Of a stretch of 64,000 bases of DNA, positions 58,001 to 64,000 are shown one piece after another. Source of the DNA: Candidatus Latescibacterota bacterium. Its GTDB lineage: Bacteria; Latescibacterota; UBA2968. Positions within the stretch are counted from its first letter, which is position 1, and each line of letters starts with the position of its first letter. The translations under genes were made by a program, and so were the position numbers. The notes below the pieces were generated by a model, which saw only the letters and a list, made by a program, of their open reading frames with translations, was not told the origin of the DNA and searched no databases. Location: contig OZ242320.1 in the NCBI GenBank assembly GCA_965208125.1, forward strand, positions 5,632,001 through 5,696,000, given 5' to 3'.

Positions 58001-58927
58001 ATGAAGGAGGATGCGATGCTCAACAACATCATCATACGTCTCGCCATTTACTATATCACCTGGCTTTTGATTCTCAACGCGATTTTTCACATATTCCCCG
58101 AAATTCTCTATTACGTCGCCCAGGAGCGCGAACGCATCTTTGTAGGATCATCCCTTGACTCCGGGGCCGATCCGCCCATTCCGCTTGGAAACATCCAAGA
58201 AGGGGTAAACCGGCTCGCCGATCCGGAACACACGATTCCAGTTGTAGTCGCTTTGGTACTGGCTTTCGGGGTTACCCTCCCAATTACCTGGGTATATGCC
58301 TGGACGCATCCACCCAAGAAATACAGTCAAGCCTTTGTACAAACTCTGCTCGTGATACCTGTCGCGATCTCACTGGTTGTTTTTTTGGTGAAGGGTAGTC
58401 TTGCCCTTGCGTTCAGTCTGGCGGGTATCGTGGCCGCCGTCACCTTTCGGCTCTCACTCAAATCGACCATAGAGGGCGTGTACATGTTTATGGTCATCGG
58501 GATAGGGCTGGCGGCTGGCACCCAGCTTACGACTGTGGCCTACCTCGCATCGCTGGCTTTCGTCACCATAACACTGGGCGTGTGGAAAATCAATTATGGC
58601 GCGCAGCCACCAGTACTATCCGGCTGGAGAATTGTTTCACCTGATCACTCGGCCCAGACCTCTGGGACAAAGGCTACTGGGAATTCTTATGATGCCCGGA
58701 TTGAAGTACACACAACGAAGGTCGAAACAGCTCAAAAAGCAACCGCTCAAATCCTGAAATCCGGGACCAAACAGTGGCAAGTAGCAGATGTGATCGAGAA
58801 AGAAGATGGAACGGCCATCGTTGTATATGATATTTTGTTAAAACAATCCGTCGCTCTGCCTATCCTCATCCGGGATATTGAAAAAAGCAAAAAAAGTATC
58901 AAAAACGCAACGCTGACAAGAGTTTAA
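58001..58927 (+). CDS. DUF4956 family inner membrane protein
   Basis: SLALAFSLAGIVAAVTFR..K..YMFMVIGIGLAAG signature; start may be 58016. Confidence 0.8.
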   Translation: MKEDAMLNNIIIRLAIYYITWLLILNAIFHIFPEILYYVAQERERIFVGSSLDSGADPPIPLGNIQEGVNRLADPEHTIPVVVALVLAFGVTLPITWVYAWTHPPKKYSQAFVQTLLVIPVAISLVVFLVKGSLALAFSLAGIVAAVTFRLSLKSTIEGVYMFMVIGIGLAAGTQLTTVAYLASLAFVTITLGVWKINYGAQPPVLSGWRIVSPDHSAQTSGTKATGNSYDARIEVHTTKVETAQKATAQILKSGTKQWQVADVIEKEDGTAIVVYDILLKQSVALPILIRDIEKSKKSIKNATLTRV

Positions 58928-58998
58928 AATTGGTATTCTCAAAGCCTCCCTGTCACCAGAGAGATCAGGTAGGCACACTCATAACGGTATAATTACAA

Positions 58999-60165
58999 AT
59001 GAAGAATCACACAGATAAATTTCTGCTGGGCTTTCTTGGTTTTGGCATTTTTCTCTACCTGTTGTCGATGGGCTATGATCCATCTTCAGATTTTAGTGAA
59101 AATTCGTCAAACGCAGATCCAGATACTTCTATTTTAGACACTTCTACCGTCCTTCCTTTGGCGGACACGACGGCGGTATTAATATCTCCTGAAAGCTATA
59201 CCCTGAACGAAGAGACCGCTTCAGACACTTCTATCGTCTCCCCTTTGGCGGATACAATGGCTGTATTAGACTATGAAGAGGATTCATCCTCAGATTTTAG
59301 TAGAAATCCGTCAGACACAGTTCCAGATACTCCGACCAACCGCCCTTTGGCGGATACAATGGCAGCAGTACAAAGGAAAATATCTCTCGAAAGCTATACA
59401 CTAAACGAAGAGACCGCGACACACTGGAAGCTGTCCGAGCATCTTGAGGAAATCTCTGGTTTGGCAATGACCAGAGACAACCGGCTCCTGGCGCACAATG
59501 ATGAAAGAGGGATCATTTTCGAGATCGATTATCAGAATGGATCAATAGCAAAAGCATTCCAACTGACGGACATGAAGAACCCGGTAGCCAGTGATTTTGA
59601 GGGCATTGCAACAATTGACAACCAGATCTATCTGGTCACGAGTTCAGGGCGACTATACGAGTGTCGTGAGGGAACTACTGGCGAGTCCGTTCTCTTCAAT
59701 GTCTATACAACTGGCATCGGCAGAGACTGCGAAATTGAGGGCCTGGCATACGACGAGAGCAAGCGGGCACTCTTACTGATGTGCAAGGACGCTCGCAGTG
59801 CAGACATGGAGGGAAAGTTAGCAGTATATCACTGGTCAATTGACGAGAAACAGCTAAGAAAAGATGCACATACTGTAATACCTGTCGTGGAATTCTCCCG
59901 ACACATCAAAGGGAAAAATTTCCAGCCATCGGGAATCGAGCGACACCCAATATCGGGGAATTACTTTATCGTAGCTGCTCGTCAGGGAGCTATCGCGGAG
60001 ATCACGCCGGGTGGCCAGGTTGTTGCGGTCAGAGAGTTTCCCGCCCAGTGGCATCGTCAGGCTGAAGGTATTACCTTCGCCGCGGACGGCACGCTAATCG
60101 TTTCCGATGAAGGCGCAGGGAAGAGAGCGAGACTAACCCTTTATCCGGTCTCGGATAGTCAATAA
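58999..60165 (+). CDS. Membrane-anchored SdiA-regulated (YjiK-like) beta-propeller protein with acidic repeat stalk
   Basis: N-terminal TM segment; LEEISGL, HNDE, DFEGIA, EIEGLAYD, PSGI, QAEGITF, VSDEG. Confidence 0.8.
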   Translation: MKNHTDKFLLGFLGFGIFLYLLSMGYDPSSDFSENSSNADPDTSILDTSTVLPLADTTAVLISPESYTLNEETASDTSIVSPLADTMAVLDYEEDSSSDFSRNPSDTVPDTPTNRPLADTMAAVQRKISLESYTLNEETATHWKLSEHLEEISGLAMTRDNRLLAHNDERGIIFEIDYQNGSIAKAFQLTDMKNPVASDFEGIATIDNQIYLVTSSGRLYECREGTTGESVLFNVYTTGIGRDCEIEGLAYDESKRALLLMCKDARSADMEGKLAVYHWSIDEKQLRKDAHTVIPVVEFSRHIKGKNFQPSGIERHPISGNYFIVAARQGAIAEITPGGQVVAVREFPAQWHRQAEGITFAADGTLIVSDEGAGKRARLTLYPVSDSQ

Positions 60166-60217
60166 CAACAGTATAAACCCAACCTATTTCAAAATCGCTA
60201 AAAATACAGGACACGCA

Positions 60218-61705
60218 ATGGCACATTCAAAACCCAACCTGCTCTACATTCACTCCGACCAGCACGACCCTTATGTGACGGGCTGTTATGGCGACAAAGT
60301 CGTACAAACCCCCCATCTCGACAGCCTCGCGGCAAATGGCGTTGTATTTGAAAACTGCTATTGCCCCTCGCCGATATGCGTACCTTCGCGCATGTCCATG
60401 CTATCGGGGCGCTATCCCTTTGAAAACGAAGTGTGGACAAACTCCCATATTCTCAACTCGAGCATTCCCACATTTGCCCATGCAATGGGCGCGGGAGGTT
60501 ATGACCCCGTGCTCGTCGGACGCATGCATTCCAATGGACCGGATCAGCTACACGGATATGCCCAGCGTCTCGTCGGCGATCACGGGCCCAATCATCCCGG
60601 TGGTGGCGGCGTCAACCACGGAATGCTTTCGGGCACAGCAGGTCCCGCCCGCGTCAGCCTGACGAAATCGGGCATTGGACAAAGCGCGTACCAGGTACAC
60701 GACGAAGACGTAACCGCAGCAACCGTTGCATACCTCGACCGTATAGGCGTAAAAAAACGCGCGGGACAACCTTCAGAGCCTTTCTCTCTAACCGTTGGGT
60801 ATATGCTCCCCCACCAGCCATTTGTCGCGCGCCGCGCCGACTACGAACGTTACGATGGTCGCGTACCACCCCCAACTGTCTCTATCCCCTTCTCCGACGA
60901 CCTGCATCCCCACATCAAACAATGGCGCGAACGCTGCGGTATTACAACCGTCACAGAAGCCGAAATCCACCGCGCGCGCACCGCATACTGGGCACTCGTT
61001 GACCGCATGGATTACATGATCGGGCAGATCCTCACAGCCCTCCGTCAAAACGATTTGATCAACGACACCCTCGTCATTTACATGTCAGACCACGGCGAAC
61101 AAGCCGGCGAACACGGCCTGTGGTGGAAACAAACCTTTTACGAACACTCCGCCAAAGTACCCGCCATACTCTCCTGGCCCGGTCACCTGCCCGAAGGCAA
61201 GTGCTTTGACAACGTCATCTCTTCTGTCGATCTCAACGCCACCATGATCAACGCCCTGCAATGTCCCGAACTCCCCCACTCTCGCGGACGATCACTCCTG
61301 CCGCTTATGCGCGGCGAAAACACATCCTGGGACAACCTCGCCTTCTCCGAATTTTGTCAGGACAGAGCAGGCGGTGGCGGACCCTTCTCCGCCGAAGGCG
61401 TGTACCAGCGCATGATTCGGCAGGACGAATGGAAATTCAATTACTACCACAACCAGCCCTGTCAACTCTTCAACCTGCAAGAAGACCCCAACGAATTGCA
61501 CGACCGCGCAAACGACCCGTCCTGTCAAAGCCTGATCAAAAATTTCACCGCCCGCATCCTCGACGGCTGGGATCCCGACGCCATCGCCTCTCAACTCGCC
61601 GCCCGAAACAGGGACACCCGCATCCTCTCGGCATGGGCGCGCCACACCAAACCCGCAGATACGATCCGCTGGGACTTGCGACCCGAAATGGATTATCTGG
61701 AATAG
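60218..61705 (+). CDS. Sulfatase (choline-sulfatase-like)
   Basis: PNLLYIHSDQH, CVPSR (formylglycine motif), GRMH, PH, SDHGE..GEHGLWWK. Confidence 0.93.
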   Translation: MAHSKPNLLYIHSDQHDPYVTGCYGDKVVQTPHLDSLAANGVVFENCYCPSPICVPSRMSMLSGRYPFENEVWTNSHILNSSIPTFAHAMGAGGYDPVLVGRMHSNGPDQLHGYAQRLVGDHGPNHPGGGGVNHGMLSGTAGPARVSLTKSGIGQSAYQVHDEDVTAATVAYLDRIGVKKRAGQPSEPFSLTVGYMLPHQPFVARRADYERYDGRVPPPTVSIPFSDDLHPHIKQWRERCGITTVTEAEIHRARTAYWALVDRMDYMIGQILTALRQNDLINDTLVIYMSDHGEQAGEHGLWWKQTFYEHSAKVPAILSWPGHLPEGKCFDNVISSVDLNATMINALQCPELPHSRGRSLLPLMRGENTSWDNLAFSEFCQDRAGGGGPFSAEGVYQRMIRQDEWKFNYYHNQPCQLFNLQEDPNELHDRANDPSCQSLIKNFTARILDGWDPDAIASQLAARNRDTRILSAWARHTKPADTIRWDLRPEMDYLE

Positions 61706-61718
61706 TTGGCGGACGCCT

Positions 61719-62861
61719 ATGAAAACCGAACTTACCAGACTCGATTTGGCCTGCTGGGGCGGGTTTATGATGTTTGCCACCAGCGGTGTCGTCACCCCAA
61801 TATGCCTACCCGAAATATCCAGCGCCCTGTCCATCTCCCTCTCTGAAAGCGGCGGCCTGGAAACCGCGCGAACATGTCTTTTGCTCGTCGTCTTAATCAT
61901 GTCCGGCATCCTCGCGCGCAAATGGGGCAAAAAACATTTTGTGACCTGGGGACAATATCTCCTCGCCATCGGCCTTCTCATGATCAGCTATGCCGATAGC
62001 TACCCTGTGCTCATCCTGTCCCTCATGGTCACTGGCATAGGCGGTGGATTCACCGAAGCACTCATCAATCCCCTCGTCATCGACATTCACCCCAGAGACT
62101 CGGGCAAATACCTCAACATCACCAACGCATTTTACCCCGTCGGCGTCCTGGTCTCCGCGCTCCTCTTTGGCGAACTCTTGACCCTCGGATATTCCTGGCG
62201 GCTCGTATTTCGCATTGCCGCAGCGGGCGCGCTTTCCATGGGCATCTTATTCCACCTATCGCGCTTTCCCATACCCGTAGCAGATCAGCAATCATCTAAA
62301 CACCTGATTGCACAAATCCTCAAAACGCCCAAATTTTGGCTCTTTGCCATCGCCATATTTTTGGGCGCAGGTATCGAAGCGGCATTCACATTCTGGAGCC
62401 GCAGCTATGTGGAAACCTACCTCCAGGACATGCCCCGCGCCGGTGCAATCGCAGTTGTCCTCTTTGCGATCACAATGGCTCTGGGCCGCTTGCTTTCCGC
62501 AAAATTGTCCCAGATAATCAGCCTGAAAACCCTGATGCTCGGTTCCGCTATCCTCGGTGTCGTCGTCAGCAGCGGCATTCCCTTCTCCGAAAATCTGATC
62601 GGATTTTACATCCTGCTCCTTTTCGCTGGATTTGCAACTGCCTGCTTCTGGCCCACCATACTCGCCGAAGCCGCGGAACACCTGTCCTTTGACGCCACCA
62701 TGCTCTTTGTCGTACTCGCCTGCTTTGGCATTGCCGGATTTGGCCTCATCCCCTGGATCATGGGCGTGATCGGAGATAGCGCTGGCCTGAAAGCGGGTTT
62801 CTCTATTATACCCGGTCTCTTTATTGGCTTGATCATCGTACTCGCCATCACAAAGCGTTAA
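61719..62861 (+). CDS. MFS transporter (fucose permease-like)
   Basis: About 12 hydrophobic segments; GIGGGFTE..INP, GIE, MALGRL. Confidence 0.88.
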   Translation: MKTELTRLDLACWGGFMMFATSGVVTPICLPEISSALSISLSESGGLETARTCLLLVVLIMSGILARKWGKKHFVTWGQYLLAIGLLMISYADSYPVLILSLMVTGIGGGFTEALINPLVIDIHPRDSGKYLNITNAFYPVGVLVSALLFGELLTLGYSWRLVFRIAAAGALSMGILFHLSRFPIPVADQQSSKHLIAQILKTPKFWLFAIAIFLGAGIEAAFTFWSRSYVETYLQDMPRAGAIAVVLFAITMALGRLLSAKLSQIISLKTLMLGSAILGVVVSSGIPFSENLIGFYILLLFAGFATACFWPTILAEAAEHLSFDATMLFVVLACFGIAGFGLIPWIMGVIGDSAGLKAGFSIIPGLFIGLIIVLAITKR

Positions 62862-64000
62862 TCACCCGGCGGCCAAACCGTCTCTTTCGTATATGCCTCT
62901 TTTAAATCGCGCCAATACCGCCTGCCTTTGTGAACCAGATTTGTCGGCGCAAACCGCTTGTTCAAACCCCTCTCGTGACTCGACCGTCCCGTATCGGTTC
63001 GATATTGCAATGTGAACCGCATCAATTGTGCGAGCAAATCAAAGCGCACATCTGCATATTCTGGATCGGCCCAAACATTTGCGATCTCGCCCGGGTCATT
63101 GCGATGATCGTACAACTCTCCCTCATCCAGACTCCCGTAAAACACCAACCGAAAATCGCGCGTGCGAATCGCCGACACCTTGCCCCCGGGATTGCCCCAA
63201 TCCCACTCGCAAAATGCCGCGCCTTTCCCATCTGTCTTGCCATTCACAACGGGAACCAGATCGCGCCCATCGCGCCCACTGGGAATGGGAATATCGCAGA
63301 GACGGCACAGCGTGGGATACCAATCGACCGATTCGACAATCGCATCACATGTCGCGCCCGATGGACCACCCGGATAACGCAATACAAAAGGAATGCGGTG
63401 AATCGAATCGTAAATCCCAAAATTCTTGTGAAACAACCCGTGATCACCCGCAAAATCTCCGTGATCCGCGCAATACAAAACAATCGTATTCTCCAACTCC
63501 CCCACATCATCCAGATAATCCAGCACCCGCCCAATCTCGGAATCAATCGCCGTAATCAGCGCGTAATAACTCGCCAAACAGCGCTTCAGGCGATCGGGAT
63601 TTGGATCGGCCAGTGGATACCCACACCCATCGGCCAACCGCTCTTGCATAAACTCGGGCTTGCTGGCAAAACGACACTCAAAATAATCAACCGCACTATC
63701 GGGCAAAACCATCTCATCCGGATTGTACATATCAAAATGCTCTGCCGCAGGCGCAATCGGTGCATGGGGCCTTTGAAAACTCATGTGCAAAAAAAACGGC
63801 CGATCATCGTCCCGCTCCTTCAAAAACACCAGCGACTCATTGCCCGTATAATGCTCAATCGAATGCTGATATGGCAGTTTGGCTGGCGCACTGCCATCCA
63901 TCGTATATTCCTGTCCGGGTCTGGCCGAGCCTTCTTCGTAAAAATCCGACAACCCCAGATCTTCCAGATACTTAAAATAGTGCGTCTCGGTCGGATCCAA
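62858..64000 (-). CDS. Sulfatase-like hydrolase (5' end outside the window)
   Basis: RPFFLHMSFQRPHAP, ADHGDFAGDHGLFHK, LYDHRNDPGE..N. Confidence 0.88.
   Translation of the reverse strand: MDPTETHYFKYLEDLGLSDFYEEGSARPGQEYTMDGSAPAKLPYQHSIEHYTGNESLVFLKERDDDRPFFLHMSFQRPHAPIAPAAEHFDMYNPDEMVLPDSAVDYFECRFASKPEFMQERLADGCGYPLADPNPDRLKRCLASYYALITAIDSEIGRVLDYLDDVGELENTIVLYCADHGDFAGDHGLFHKNFGIYDSIHRIPFVLRYPGGPSGATCDAIVESVDWYPTLCRLCDIPIPSGRDGRDLVPVVNGKTDGKGAAFCEWDWGNPGGKVSAIRTRDFRLVFYGSLDEGELYDHRNDPGEIANVWADPEYADVRFDLLAQLMRFTLQYRTDTGRSSHERGLNKRFAPTNLVHKGRRYWRDLKEAYTKETVWPPGD

Overview
Gram-negative bacterial chromosomal window with no rRNA, tRNA, CRISPR array or intact transposase visible. The gene content (sulfatases, PhyH, Gfo/Idh/MocA, many eukaryote-like repeat proteins with DFDGDG..DFL modules) resembles sponge-associated Latescibacterota/Gemmatimonadota-type genomes; this is an inference. 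1-25.5 kb holds housekeeping and catabolic genes (RND permease, msrA, GH29 fucosidase, TonB receptor, manA, oligopeptidase A, MscS) interspersed with orphan toxin-antitoxin and nuclease genes. 25.5-30.3 kb is an AT-rich rearranged zone with an atypical (Asp->Glu) response regulator-AraC gene, a truncated duplicate of it, and a thrice-repeated AraC-3'-end/promoter element. 30.3-49.6 kb holds seven consecutive secreted proteins that ALL carry a dockerin-like double EF-hand module fused to different cargoes (WD40, CARDB/cadherin/FN3, five-repeat propellers, LRR, zinc proteases), one of them also with a cohesin-like domain, and shows clear DNA-level domain-shuffling scars. 49.8-60.2 kb is a six-gene cluster with three Omp85/BamA-type barrels, two predicted extracytoplasmic atypical kinase-fold domains (one stand-alone, one barrel-fused), a patatin-barrel, DUF4956 and an SdiA-regulated-type propeller. 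These last two loci are the best candidates for undescribed systems. 60.2-64 kb holds sulfatases and an MFS transporter. All family calls come from motif recognition, not database searches.
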